Part shown: piece after piece, positions 1 through 12,536 of the stretch
Layout of the letters: each line of letters starts with the position of its first letter
How positions within the stretch are numbered: position 1 is the stretch's first letter
Origin: Marsupella aquatica
Taxonomy: Eukaryota; Plantae; Marchantiophyta
Length of the DNA: 64,000 nt
Assembly: GCA_973895155.1 (NCBI GenBank)
Contig: OZ316899.1
Span: 4,405,241-4,469,240, forward strand
Direction: 5' to 3'
Made by a program: the position numbers and the translations under genes
Notes under the pieces: generated by a model
Told to the model about the DNA's origin: nothing
Database searches by the model: none
The model's input: only the letters and a program-made list of their open reading frames with translations

Positions 1-3000
1 CGACTCTGAAACTAAAAACCCCCCCCCTTGCCTCTACCGAGGGGTGCACTAAATACTAAGAGCCGAGGAACGGGGTGTCCTCTCGCCGAAGATTCGCTGA
101 CTAAGGTCCTAACTAAGCTGACAGTCAGGCCGGAAAATGGCTGTGTCTTATTAGAAGATCCTAATCTACGCAGGCTGGACAGCAGGGCAGCGCTGCTGTA
201 CCTAAGGCAGGTGCCTGTCCCAAGAGCCTGACTAAGCCAATCCTAATCCTAATCTATTCCTACTCCGCCGCTAATGCCTGGCACGCTTGCCAGAGCCGCC
301 CGAATGGGAGCGGCCATCCCGCTGCCTTCGAAGCCTGTCATTGTCCGCTTTGAGGAGCTGGACCTGGTCCAGCAGAGATTCGTTCTCTCGCCTCGCCGCA
401 TCCGTCTCCTCTGCTGCCTCCTGACATGCCTCCTCCAGCTGCTGGGCGTCGCTCGTCAGTTTACTCGCCAGCTGGTCCTGCTTCTCGGCCTTGGTTTGGA
501 GCCGCGCCATCTCGGCCTGCAGCGTGGCTATCTCCGTCGCGTCCCGCTGGGCTCGCTCCTCGGCCTCCTCCAGGTCTTTCTGCCAGGTGACAGCTTGTTT
601 CTTCAAACTGTCAATCTGGTTCCGGAGTCGTGTAATCTCGGCCTCGTTCCTAGCTTTGGCCTGTTCGGCTAGGGCGGTAAGAGCGTACGCCTTTGCTAAC
701 AACTCATCGGCGGTTGCAACCTTGGGTCGTAGTTGCAGAAGCTCAGCCTCTTGAGCCGCCACTTCGTTCTTTAGGTACACGGACTCCACCCGGTACCGCT
801 CTATCCTCTGAAGGGCCTCCGACTGGGCCCGACCTGCCTTTACGGCGGCAACCAACTCCTGATTGAAGAAACAGGCTACCTTCCGGGCCATGAACTCCCC
901 GGTATCCCGGGCAATTTGATGAGAGAAATCTCCCAGAAGCCCGTTCAGAAATGTACCCTGTACGAAGAGTTCCGGGTGGTCCAAGTTGTGCCTGTCCGGA
1001 TTTGGGCACGGGCAGACATCAACACGCGCAGGGGCCGGGGCAGTGACGTCCAGCCCTGGGGACATAACGTTGGAAGGGGCTGGAGTGTCCTCCTGTAGCG
1101 ATGTCCGGTTCTCCGGAATAACCACCGGCGGGTCCTTGGGAGACCCGGGTTCGGGTAAGACCTCTACCGTACCAACTTCTGTACTTAGCCCGGCTAGTTG
1201 GGTCGCATCAACGGTTGCGACGACCGACCCCTCCGGCGCCTCCTCGGTTATGATTACAGCTATTTGTGGAGGTGGGGTGGGTGAAGCTGGCGTGTCCACT
1301 GGACTTCGGGCCTCGGGTTGGGGCCGTCTCTCCAATGCCGGACAAACCCACCTAGCTGGGACCAGCTTTGTAACGTTGATGCGGGGAAGGGTTCATCGAT
1401 CAAACCGGGCGTACCACTCAAGAATGATTTCGATATGGCTAGCGAAATACGCCTTCCCGCCAATGTACAGCGTCTTCCTTCGCCGCTCCATCTCTTCATG
1501 GAATTTCTTAGCGAAGTACGACGCCCATTTCCTAGGTCGATAGTTCTCGACCTGGATAACCTGGGCGGCGGAGATCTCCCCCCGGGGTTCCATCATGTGG
1601 AGAGCGTACCTCTGGAACTCCAGCCGCTCAGCTATCTCGGGCATGAGGTAGGTCCTCATCACGAACCCGTTGTCTACTGATCCCTCTGAGGGAAAACTTG
1701 AAGATTGGTACTTGGCCCCCTTGCCCCCGGGAGCCCGTGATTCGACTCGATGGTCACCTTCGGGTAACCCAAAGATCATCTTGAGCCGTTCTTCTGTGAG
1801 GGACATATTCCTTCCCCGCAGCCGAGTCTATTGAAGTACGTCGTCATAATTCTTGACGAATTTTGTCATGTCCTCCCCGTAGTACCTGCAAGTGTTCCAG
1901 GGGAGAGAGGGGAGGTGCTCAAATCCCTGAGTCTTCAGGTACACCGCATGCTTGGGATGGAGGATGTTGCTATGAACGTTTTCCCCCATGCGATGCATCG
2001 TCACCTTGGCTACGGCTACCGTGGCCAACGGTAACCCGGATGGAGTGGCGGATTCCTTCCTCTTCTTTCCCCGTGACTGACTCGGGGAAGGTGATACTTC
2101 CCCATCCTCCCGATCGGGCCTGGGGAGTGCCACTGCGGTTGGTAACGGGCCCGGGGCGGCCACGGTCACTATGTTGTCTGCTGGGGCCGCTCCTGGGGTC
2201 AGAGCAGGGGGTGGGGATGATATAGTGTCGGCCCCCCACGCGCTTGTTCCTCTGGGCCGCCTGGTCAAGGGTGGGGTAGCCTCGTCGTCATCGCTAAGAT
2301 CCACAGCGTTGATGACGGAGCGTACCTGTGCTGGCTGGGTGATAGGTGGTGGGGTTTGGCTAGGCTGCGGCTGAGGCTGAAGCTGAAGTTGAGGCTGGGG
2401 TTGCATGGGCACGGGTACGGGTACGGGTACAGGTCCGGCTGAGTTGGTCATGTTGGTTGATGGCCGAGTTCCCATGAAGCTCTGCAGGTGCTGGTAGAAG
2501 TTCTCCGAAGCGAGTGCGGACGCCCTTGTCGAATGGTTGGTACTGGACTCGCCGTTAATGACAGCCCGAACCTGGGCAGGGATGTGGTCGAAGTGATGTC
2601 GCTGCAGGTCGATTGTACCCGGGATATCGAAGACCTCGTCCGGAAGCCGAAGCAATGCTTCCCAGAACCCGATATATTTGTCTCCGTTGAAGAAGTACCC
2701 AGATACCTCATCTGGTCGGTAAAGCTCGCTCTGAGACGGGTAGTCAAAGTTAAGGACGTAGTGGTGTCGTCCTGCTAGGCGGATGGCTCTCTCGTATTCG
2801 CGTTCGATCTCGTATCGACGCGGGTTGGCGTGTTTCAATGAATCGGCCAAGTGCCTTCCGGTAGATAGGAACTGCGTCCAGAATCGAATGGCCAAGCTGG
2901 AGAGGATCGTGTGCGACATTCAGAGGAGATAGTAGTGGCGACCTAGAGAGAATGAGAGAGCTGGGGTCGAAGCTGGCGCGCGGACTGATGGACTGGTGCA

Positions 3001-3385
3001 CTACAAAGGGTTGGCTCCCCTTTTATACTTTGAGGGCTTGTCGATCCCCGACGTCTCCTCGACGCCCATAGGTTGAACCGCTCACGCTTGTGGTGTACCG
3101 GCCACTCCGCCGGTCTGAGTCAGCGTGCGTCAGTGGCCGCTTCCTTAAGTTCGTTATACGGACCCGAGGGAGGGGCCCCTCCATGCTTGTAACCCGGGTG
3201 TGCGAATAGCGACCCGCCGCCAGCCCGAACCTGAAGTCCCCCTTATTGCCTAATGATGTCCTACCCCTAATGATTACCTAAATACTGTCGTTATGCTAAT
3301 AATAGTGGCCTAAGACCCACCTAACGCGCGTGCCGAGCGCAGTTAGACTGAATCACTCATTAACCGCCGTACCGGCGGCGTCACA
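1..3385 (-). mobile_element. 3' LTR of a Gypsy element (giant LTR family A, copy A1), cut off by the window start
   Basis: Minus strand begins TGTGACGCC at 3385, directly after a purine tract and the integrase ORF. It is colinear with the TSD-flanked solo LTR at 18104-22115 (matches about 18104-21485). Confidence 0.9.
271..2919 (-). pseudogene. LTR-encoded accessory gene, 882 codons, two in-frame stops
   Basis: ORFs 1828..2919, 1393..1806 and 271..1335 share one frame. The span is 2649 nt, the same as copy A2, and the stops here are sense codons in A2. TATAAAA at 3021-3027 lies about 100 nt upstream of the ATG. Confidence 0.85.
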
Positions 3386-6300
3386 TAGCTCCCTGCTTAA
3401 TTGTGAAGCGTCCTCGCGAACATCGCTATCGGCGTCGTCATCTTGATGGTGGTACTTTTTTACACGATCGTAGCTGATTCGCGTAGGGAGTAAATCGCCG
3501 GCATACGTCGCAAGCTCCAAAGATCCGTTTCGGTAGATCTGATTGACAAGGAAGGGCCCCAACCACCGGGTATGCAGCTTCCCTGGAAACTGCATGTACC
3601 TACTATCGTACAGAAGGACTAGATCGCCTGCCATGACGTCGACCCTCCGTAGTCCTTTGTCGTGCTGCTTCTTCGAAGTTGCCTGTTTCTTCACGGTGTG
3701 TCGAGCTGCCAGTAGCCGTGCTTCTTCCAAGGCTTCAATCTGATAAGCTCGGTCTGACAGACTTTCAGATTCAGGTAAGCGATCCCGAATGCTGACCCGT
3801 GGAGTGTGCACTTCAAATTCGACGGGCACCAACGAATGTTGGCCGAACACCAGAAAGTATGGGCTGTGACTCGTAGTAGTTTTGTAAGCTAGATTATACG
3901 AGTACACCGCCGCGTACAACTTATCATCCCAATCCGTTTTGTGCGCAGCTACAGTTTTGTTGAGGATCTTCCCAATGATACCATTTGCTCTCTCCGCCAT
4001 CCCGTTGGCTTTAGGATGATATGGGGTAGTCTTGTGGTGCTTGACTAGGTAACGCTCCGTAAGCTGGGCTACGGTGTCATTGAGGAAGTGGGTTCCACGG
4101 TCGCTTACCAATTCTAAGGGCGGTCCGAATCGGGTGAAAATCTGTTCGTATAAGAATCTGGCACTGGTTGCGGCGTCGTCCTTTACCGTAGCCCGCGCTT
4201 CGACCCATTTGGTGGAGTAATCAATAGCTAATAGGATGTACCTGCACCTTCGCCTTCGGGTAACGGGAGTGAACGGTCCGATATAATCAATTCCCCATTT
4301 TTCGAATGGTGCCAATGGAAGCACAGATGTGAGCGGGTGATGATGAGCCCGCCTCGGGGCCCCCGCTCGCTGACACAAGTCACAGCCCTTAATGAAGCGC
4401 TGTACATCCCGATGCAACGTAGGCCACCAATACCCCGAGTCCAGAATCTTTCGGGCTGTCGTAACTGCCGCGAAATGGCCTCCAGCTTCTTCTTCATGCA
4501 GGGCCCGTATCACGATAAGTGTCTCCTTATACTCTAAGCAGCGTCGTAACTTTCCGTTAATACCTTCCTTATGTAGGTGACCCTGTATCATGATGTAAGG
4601 CCCGGCTTTCCGTAAAAACACAGCGGCGGCCTCCTGATTGATGCCGTCAGGGATGCGGCCCGTTAAAAGGAAGGTGATTATTGAGCCGTACCACGTTGGT
4701 GTCCCTTCCCCCACGTGGAACAACTCCTCATCCGGAAAAATATCATCAATTGGCTGATCGACTGGTACGCCGTCCAGTCGTGAAAAGAAATCGGCATTGA
4801 GGTGTACCCTTCCTGGCCGAACCCGAACTTCATAATTAAATTCCTGGAGAAGTAGCACCCACCGGGCTATCCATCCTGTCACATCCGCTTTGTTGACCAT
4901 GTACTTCAGGCTATCATGATCCGTGTGGAAAATGACCTTGTAGCCTAGCAGATAGTGTCGGAACTTTTTACACGAGTAGATTATTCCCAAAGCTTCTCGA
5001 TCAGTGGGGGAATAATTCTTTTCGGCTGCAAATAGTTGACGGCTAGCGAAATAGATGGGGTGATCACGTCCATCCTCATCTAGCTGACTAAGTACGGATC
5101 CGATACAGAACCCTGACACATCGACATACATGTGGAACTCCTTATTCCAGTCTGGGGTGACCATGATAGGCGCGGTGGTGAGTCGTTTACGGAGTTCCTC
5201 AAAAGCAATCCGTCTCCGGGGTGTCTCCTCGACCGCTGCGTCCTTCTTCATCATCTCAGTTAAGGGCAACGCAATTTTAGCAAAGTCTTTAATGAACCGG
5301 CGGTAATACCCTACGCAGCCCAAGAAGGATCGTACTGCTTTTTGATCCAAGGGGAACACCACCGCCATCCAGGCCGCAACTTTCTCTTGGTCCACCTCAA
5401 TGCCCCGTTTGGACACACGATGCCCGAGTAACACCCCCTCCTCTACCCCGAAGAAGCATTTGGCGGGATGTAGTTTGAGGTTAACATCTCGGCATCGTTG
5501 CAACATTCGTCGTAGGTGTTCGGGGTGCATGGCAACGGTTCCGAAGATGGCAAAGTCATCGATAAATATCTCCAAAAATTCCCGTAGGAAATCGTGGAAG
5601 ATATTCATCATAAGGCGCTGAAACATAGCTGGGGCGTTACACAGACCAAAAGGCATCCTCCGAAATGCGAACGTTCCCCACTCCGTAGTGAAAGTTGTTT
5701 TGAGCTGATCCGTGAGACGAATCCAGATTTGGTTATAACCTGAATACCCGTCAAGAAATGTATAGATTTCATTTCGGGCCACCATATCTAGAACCATATC
5801 CGTGAATGGTAATGGGTAATGGTCTTTTCGGGTTGCGTCATTCAGCTTACGGTAGTCCTGACAGATACGAATCTTAGGTTTTCCATCCGTACCTCCCTTC
5901 TTTGGTACAATGACAATGGGAGAGACCCAGTCGCTGGCCATTACCGGGTAAATGATATCGGCGGCGAGGAGACAATCAATTTCCTCCTTCACTAAGATGG
6001 AGTACCTCGGATTCATGCGACATTGTCGCTGTCGTACCGCATGGGCTCCTAGGTTCAGATCGATTGTGTGTTCTCCCAACTCGGGGGAGACGCCTGTTAA
6101 ATCATGATGACTCCATGCAAACACATCTTCATATTCCTTGAGCAAAGCTTGGATGGATTTTTCAGCCTTCCCCGTCAGAGCGTGGCCCAGGTTAAAAGAT
6201 TTGTCCATCCCAATAGTGTACTTCCGGTAGTGCTCCTTCCTGATGACTTCAACCTGGTTTCGCAGACTCGGGTCCAGGCTCGCGTCAAGCTCAGCTAACC

Positions 6301-6694
6301 GAACCCCTCCGTACATGGGTGGGACCGGGATTGGTCTCGGGATGGGGTTTACTTCCTCCAATTGCGGAATGGACGGATCCCATGAGACTCGCTTTTTATG
6401 TCTCGGTCTCGAGTTTTTGGCCTCAGGCGGTTGTTGGGCTGGTTCATGGTTACGAGGCTCTGAAATGGAAGGAGTAGCCTCGGCTCCCTGCTTAGCTGGA
6501 GCCGTGTCCTCCGTCTCGACGAGTTGTTTGTGCGTTTCCTCATCCCCGACAGTAGATGTACTTGGGGTGGACTCAATGGCAGCCCTCGGGTAATTTAGGA
6601 GATGTGTTTCTCGGGTTGCTTCAACTCCGAAGACATCTTCCTCGGATAGGGACGAGATGAGTTCGATCATATTGAGTTCCTCTTCCTCCGAGGT
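3353..6694 (-). CDS. pol: Ty3/Gypsy pol remnant (RT-RNaseH-integrase), non-chromovirus Athila/OTA-like
   Basis: RT motifs QDYRKLN, LDGYSGYNQI, MPFGLCNAP, IFIDDF. RNase H motifs VDVSG, TDHDSL. HHCC zinc finger (GGHF..CDLCQR). DDE core (WGIDYIGP, SDRGTHF, AERAN) and WLGPF. The gag/protease end is replaced by LINE sequence. Confidence 0.95.
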   Translation of the reverse strand, partial: TSEEEELNMIELISSLSEEDVFGVEATRETHLLNYPRAAIESTPSTSTVGDEETHKQLVETEDTAPAKQGAEATPSISEPRNHEPAQQPPEAKNSRPRHKKRVSWDPSIPQLEEVNPIPRPIPVPPMYGGVRLAELDASLDPSLRNQVEVIRKEHYRKYTIGMDKSFNLGHALTGKAEKSIQALLKEYEDVFAWSHHDLTGVSPELGEHTIDLNLGAHAVRQRQCRMNPRYSILVKEEIDCLLAADIIYPVMASDWVSPIVIVPKKGGTDGKPKIRICQDYRKLNDATRKDHYPLPFTDMVLDMVARNEIYTFLDGYSGYNQIWIRLTDQLKTTFTTEWGTFAFRRMPFGLCNAPAMFQRLMMNIFHDFLREFLEIFIDDFAIFGTVAMHPEHLRRMLQRCRDVNLKLHPAKCFFGVEEGVLLGHRVSKRGIEVDQEKVAAWMAVVFPLDQKAVRSFLGCVGYYRRFIKDFAKIALPLTEMMKKDAAVEETPRRRIAFEELRKRLTTAPIMVTPDWNKEFHMYVDVSGFCIGSVLSQLDEDGRDHPIYFASRQLFAAEKNYSPTDREALGIIYSCKKFRHYLLGYKVIFHTDHDSLKYMVNKADVTGWIARWVLLLQEFNYEVRVRPGRVHLNADFFSRLDGVPVDQPIDDIFPDEELFHVGEGTPTWYGSIITFLLTGRIPDGINQEAAAVFLRKAGPYIMIQGHLHKEGINGKLRRCLEYKETLIVIRALHEEEAGGHFAAVTTARKILDSGYWWPTLHRDVQRFIKGCDLCQRAGAPRRAHHHPLTSVLPLAPFEKWGIDYIGPFTPVTRRRRCRYILLAIDYSTKWVEARATVKDDAATSARFLYEQIFTRFGPPLELVSDRGTHFLNDTVAQLTERYLVKHHKTTPYHPKANGMAERANGIIGKILNKTVAAHKTDWDDKLYAAVYSYNLAYKTTTSHSPYFLVFGQHSLVPVEFEVHTPRVSIRDRLPESESLSDRAYQIEALEEARLLAARHTVKKQATSKKQHDKGLRRVDVMAGDLVLLYDSRYMQFPGKLHTRWLGPFLVNQIYRNGSLELATYAGDLLPTRISYDRVKKYHHQDDDADSDVREDASQLSRELCDAAGTAVNE
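3386..3399 (-). other. Polypurine tract (AAGCAGGGAGCTA) abutting the 3' LTR
   Basis: Purine-rich run immediately 5' of the LTR TG on the minus strand, at the end of integrase. Confidence 0.6.
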
Positions 6695-8400
6695 CTCCAC
6701 TCTGTCAAAGGCCTTCTCAAAATCCAGTTTCAAGAAAAGAGCCGGGGTCCTAGTGAAGTTAATCCAGTCTTTAACCAGCCAGGTGAGAGATATTTTCCAG
6801 AATGTGCCGCCCAGGGATAAAGCCTGTCTGTTGTGGACAGATCAGCCTAGGTAGTAACATTTTTAGACGAAGGGTTAGCAGCTTAGCCAAGAGCTTGTAC
6901 ACAATAGTTAATGCTCTCCAGTCCCCCAGTCTTCGCTTATCAGTTTTCTTAGGAATAAAACGAATAACCCCATCTTTGATGTTGAAAGCAAGATGTCCTG
7001 TCCTCCAGAAATCACAGATCATGTCATGAAAGTCAGTCTTCATGAATTCCCAGCAAGCCCTGAAGGTCTCTGCAGTCATGCCATCAATACCAGGAGCTTT
7101 GTCACTAGGAAGAAGTAACAAAGTGTCGTGCAATTCACGTAGAGAAGGCAGCTCTTCAAGCATTCTAACCTCAGCCGCAGTAGGGGAAAAATGTGTGTTC
7201 CTACTCAGAGTGCCGCGTGCTGTTCTCTGCTTCCTCAATTCTTCTCCTTCCAGTAATGGCGGTGAGTACAGCTCCACACAAAAACGTTGTACCTCTCCAA
7301 CAATGAGTCGCTCCTCCCTTAATTCCGTGCCACCATCAACCACAAGATATTCCATCTTTTCTCTGAGCCATTTGGCCTTAATAGTGGAGAAATAGAACTT
7401 AGAGGGTTCGTCGCCTTGGCCCAGCCATTTAATCCTAGATAGCCGGCGACAGTGGTGAGCATCTTCAAGTTCCATTGAACGTACATTATCTTCAGTATCC
7501 ATAAACTCTGTGATACTGTCAGTGGAGTAGTCCTCCATAATGGTTACCTTCAGAAGTCGAAGTTTGTCACGCAGTAGTGCAGCCTCTGCAGCCTTGGGCA
7601 GTGGTGAAGATTGTAGCGTCATGTAGCATTGGCAGAGACGCTGATACGCCAAAGAAAAGCGCAGATGAGGTTCAGCAAGGGGAGCGGTATCCCCAATCCA
7701 GGCAGCCTCTAGAAGTCCCAAGTTTGCAGAGTTCCTCACCACAGCAGGGTTAGCTTTGAAGTAAGAAGTGCATCGTTGATCAGAAGCAGACGTGAGCAAG
7801 GGGGCAATGCGGAAAGAGATCAGCACAGGATCATGGTCCGATAGTGCCGATGTGCCATCATGTTTGAGTTCCACCAGTTCCTCTGTCCACTGGCCTTTCT
7901 CACTAAAATAGAACCTATCAAGGCGGGATTGAGTCAACACGCCGTTACGAATCCGGCACCAGGTAAACCTGGATCCCGATACCTGACCAAGAATAGAAAG
8001 TGCATCTTGCAGGTCAAGTCGAACCTTCAGAAACCTCCAGAATTCCAATTCCCTCCCGTGGATCAACGGGGTCAAGCCAGTGGAATCACATCGGAGCTCA
8101 GTCATGTTAAAATCTCCAGTGAACACCCATCGACCTTGAGGCAATTCATTTTTCAAATCATTCCAGAGAATTGCTCATTCTCCTGGAGAGTTGGGCGCGT
8201 ACACACTGATCAGCCCAAAGGTTCCCTCGGCGTGTTCCAGCTGGGCCCAAACAGCTCTGCCCAGGTCCAGCGTACCTGATGACAGTACCTTAAGTGACGG
8301 GTGCAGTAAAATAGCTGTGCCTCCCCTGCCGTCAACGGGGGCCGAGTAAAAATGTTGATAACCCTAAAATGCTTCTCAATCTTAAATACTGGTGCAATCA
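6695..8400 (-). pseudogene. L1-like LINE ORF2 fragment (APE endonuclease plus start of RT), 3'-truncated
   Basis: SVYAP, GDFN, SRLDRFY, SDHDPV, DKAPGIDG, WRALT, QQTGFIPGR, KLDFEKAFDRV. The sequence stops abruptly after DRVE. Confidence 0.9.
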
Positions 8401-9479
8401 ACTACAACTCACATAACGTTTGCAAAAAGACACACACACTTCCACTCGGGCTTCAATTTTTTTGAAGTATTTACCATCGCATAGTCTTTGCTAATCACGT
8501 ACATTCAATTTGTGACATTGTTTTACATCACAAAGAGCGATATTGTGGGCCTCAGAAGTTTTGGAACCTTTTGTGTTGGGAGGGTCACAGCCTCAAAGTA
8601 TCACAATAAGCAGACATTTTGGAATTGCAAGTTATGAAGGTAATTGACTCCAAAACTGTGAAGTCTTGAGGTTATGTATTGTGAAATGGGAAGGTGTTCT
8701 TAAGGGGTTTGCAACATTATGACCACACAAGATTCAATACATTATTTGCAAGGGTTTTTACTCGGGACCCAATGTGGAAGGCAAAACTAAAATAGGAAAG
8801 CATGAACAAAATTGTAAGGCTTCAAAGAATCCTATACATGTACAAGAGAGGGGGGGCATATCTGATGCCAAATCCGCCCTTCTAAACCTAAGTTATCTCT
8901 TTCTACCCTAAGCTCTGGCATGACGAGTCACTCTCATGCATGTATTGCTACAAAATAACTGGAATGGGCTCTTTTTGCTCCTCTTGGTTGGCTTCTTGCC
9001 CATCAGAGCCAAGGGATCCTGTTGGTGATGGGTCTGTGGTGCTTGTTGGCGCTCCTACTGCTCCTGTTGCTCCTCTGGCTCCTCCTACTCATCCCCTTTG
9101 TCCTCAAGGTCCTCCTCCTCCCCTTGGTCATGATCAACCTGTGCTGATGGCACACGACTACCACCACTACCATGATGGGAAGAACCTACCTCATGACTAC
9201 TCTCCCCCCGAGCATGACTAGTAGGAGGAGTAGCCCCCTCATCCTCATCACTACTGCTCACATCAACACCCAACCCCTTCGGCTCATCCAAATCCTACAT
9301 CCATTACATATGATAAGTTTCTGCAAAACATAAAGGGTCACAATGTTTGCATGCTAATTAAATGGTTCACACTTAGATACTTATAGTAGGCAAACTCTAC
9401 ATTGAGATTTAGATCTAGACTGGTCCCTAGTACGCTCCGTTGATCTGCCTCTAACCACTAAGGTAGCAGACTCATCATC

Positions 9480-10080
9480 ACTAGTAGAGAGATGTTGCTT
9501 GCTCCATTATGCAAGAACGATAGACTTCATCGCATCCAACTTTAATGTAGTCTTGTCATGTCTAATGACCATTACCAATGTCAGAAAGCTCTTTGGAAGC
9601 GACATCAACAAATGCATTGCAAGGTACTCATTGGTCAACTTATCTCCCGCCGTGGTCACCTCATGCACAATCTCATCAAAGAGATTGAGGTGATCACTCA
9701 TGTTGCCACCATCCTCAAGTTCAACCTGAACAGCCGCTCCAACTGGTAAATACAAGTAGTCAACAAAGTACTCTAGTGTACTGAGTAAGCGTATCCCATA
9801 TCTTCTTGGCGTTCCAATCCATCCCCAACACGTTCTTGAGAGTGTTTTTTCAAGAACAACTAAATTGTACTACATGCCTCCATCAACATGTCTTCCCACT
9901 CCTCATTTGTTAGAGTTGAGGGCTTCACTCAGATAGTGATTGTCTTTTCAAGACCCTGCTGGATCAACATGTTAGTCACCTTCCAAGTCCACAGGCTAAA
10001 GTTGACCTTCCTTTCAAAGTAACTTCTCCACCTCAAACTTTGGCGCTACAAGCTTTTGTGAAGTCATGGATGTTGCCACA
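9480..10080 (-). pseudogene. gag: Copia (Tnt1/Tork-like) gag remnant
   Basis: KFEVEK start near 10050 and UBN2-like SDHLNLFDEIV..LLMSLPKSFLTLV. Broken by stops and frameshifts, with no pol downstream. Confidence 0.75.
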
Positions 10081-11267
10081 AACACACAGGAAACACAAAT
10101 ACCAAAATACCTCCACACAAAAATCACCAAAAATTAAAGTTTGTGGAAGTGGAAATTAAAATCACCTCCGTGTAGCTTGCAAGGTAAGATTTCCAAAACA
10201 CCAAGCGACTTTGCAAACATACATTTGAGCTAGGAGTTATTATTTGTTTAGTGCAAGGGTTAAAACATTGTTTTGGAACCCTTGAGAGAATCTTTTAAAG
10301 AAAAACTTCCACAGACCTTTGTTTTCTAAACCAATTTTCAGGCCCCTTCCCTACTCCCTTGGGAACACTTGTGCAAAAGAATCTTGGAAAACAAAACTTG
10401 TTTGCACTTTTGAATCACAAAAATAGTACCAAAAATGGTACCATAACACAAAACTGTTCACATTTTTACACAGCTCTCGTGTAGAGGGTGCGCTCTACAC
10501 AACCCTTGTGTAGAAAAAAGGTCTTTGTCACCTTGAGAAAGATTATTCAGGCCATTTGTCCAAGCCCTATTTGGCAGAACAGACCAAAACTTCTACGCGA
10601 GACACCTCAAGGTAAAATGCACGTAAACCTGTTTGTCCATATCTTTTTGGCCCAAAAAGTCAAGGTCCTACACGAGCCTTGTGTAGAAAAACATCCTCCG
10701 CAATGTGCACCGCTTCTTTCATATCACAAATGGCAGGAACTTTGATCAAACATAACTCCGTAACCGGACCTTTGTTTGATCTCCACTTTACATCATTGGA
10801 ATGAGAACAACAAAAGCTATATCATAACCAGTCTTCCAAAGTTAATACCAAACTTTGATTTCTGCCCTAATCCGATTCAACACAACCGCATCATGCAGCT
10901 CACGGCTATGGCTACCACCAAAAAACTTTTGCTTTTCTAGCCCAGTGTTGCCTCAATCAACATTGCTCCACACTTGTTTGATGAAAAAGCAATGAGATAT
11001 CCACCAAAATATAGTGTGCATTGATGTGCACAAGAAAGTGTAGGATTATTCACCTAATAGTACCTTTAGAAACACATTGACACATACAATACTTCCATTG
11101 AAGTTTTAGTCGGGAAATTGTCACCTATTCCAATTCAAAACCTCCAACGCATAATGACCAGTGACACAATCATATACTCATCAACAACAATCCAATCTGT
11201 CACCCCCCCCGATTTGACACAAAGAATACTCTCACCATTGTCCACGCAACCAAATGTCAAACACAAA

Positions 11268-11579
11268 GCTCTGATACCACTTGTAAGAAACCATTGGCTC
11301 CGGACTTAAGAGCAATGCTGAACATGATGAGAGCAGTCACTCAATCTCACACTACACCACCATAACACCACAATGAAGAAACTTCTAAAGGATCCATAGC
11401 TCATGAGAAAGTAATGTGAAGAATGAGGGAGAGAGTGCTCTCCCTCCAACCTATACCCCCCAAGGGGGCAAGATGTGTGGGCCTAATCTAAGTGGATCTT
11501 ATCCTGCTATAATCCAGGGTTAACTAAACCCTAGTAAGGCCAAACTAACTAATCCGGGAACTTGAGTCAATGCCTAACA
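11268..11579 (-). mobile_element. Copia 5' LTR (11282-11579, TG...CA) with tRNA-iMet PBS (11268-11279)
   Basis: Plus-strand GCTCTGATACCA reads TGGTATCAGAGC on minus, 2 nt from the LTR end. It is followed by a 1.2 kb leader and gag. Confidence 0.8.
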
Positions 11580-12536
11580 TCTTATACGTCTTATCACTTG
11601 ATATATACATGTTACATTGCTCTATGGTAGGTATCTAACCGCCTGATAACGGATATGAGAAATTTATGTTTAACATCATTGATGATGGATATGAGAATTG
11701 TCATTATTTCTTGATAAGTAACATAGTCTGAAACATTCTTAAAATGAATACGTTATTTGTGAGATAAGGATGTTTATGAAGGAAGGGTTAACTAGCCATA
11801 AATTTTTGAATTTTTAAGTTTAAGATCTCAAATGAGGCTAAAGAGGGACCTGAAGACTACTATGAAGTGTTATGAGACTTTCAAGCCCATCTGAGGTCAA
11901 CCCGGATTGATATTAGAGAAGGAGGATCAACCCGGAACTTTTTGTTATAAACCTGGAATGAGATATAAAGCTTATACCGAGACTCTACTCAACAACAGCT
12001 GTCCATTGCCAAAGTTTTTAAAACCATAAGTCAAACACAGGCACGACCACAGCAGAATCCGGATATAAGAAAGGAGAGTCGATCCGGCCTCTCACACCTC
12101 TCAAAGCCGAACTTAGTAGGTTTTGAGTTCCCGAGCGCATTAGGCTGTTAAAGCAGTAGAGTGAGGAGGCTCTACCCTTTTGGTAGAGGATCTTGGGTCC
12201 GGATTATAGGACCAATCTTGAATTTCTTGATGAGAGCCTGGATATGAGGGTACTGACTGATTCGTTGTGAGGGGAATGCCTACTCCGCCGCTGGGAGTGA
12301 AGGCAGGAAGTTTGAGATTCTGATCGTGCCTACATTGGTGATGAGAACGAAGGCCAGGTCGATCCAAACATCCACATTTCAGGCCCGTTTGAGTCTATCT
12401 TTGCCCCACGTTCGATGCACCTGAATTTGGATTGACGGGATCTTGATCAACGTTTCCAGAAGCTCTTGTCAGTTGATCAGAAACGCCGTAGCCAGGTAGA
12501 CCCGGACATTTCTACCATTAGTCAACACCGAAGAGA

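Noticed and set aside
274-2778. Many antisense or shifted-frame ORFs over the LTR gene, repeated in other copies (e.g. 274..672, 986..1543, 19946..20503, 29774..30253)
   Set aside because: Shadows of a GC-rich coding frame. They recur only because the DNA is duplicated, and they show no motifs.
3353-6733. 1126-aa ORF as a genuine single protein starting MKLDFEK
   Set aside because: The first 13 codons are LINE RT joined by a rearrangement and there is no proper start context.
8940-9291. Short acidic/Pro-rich ORFs as a functional gene
   Set aside because: Low complexity, short and no recognisable domain. Probably a decayed tail of the Copia remnant.
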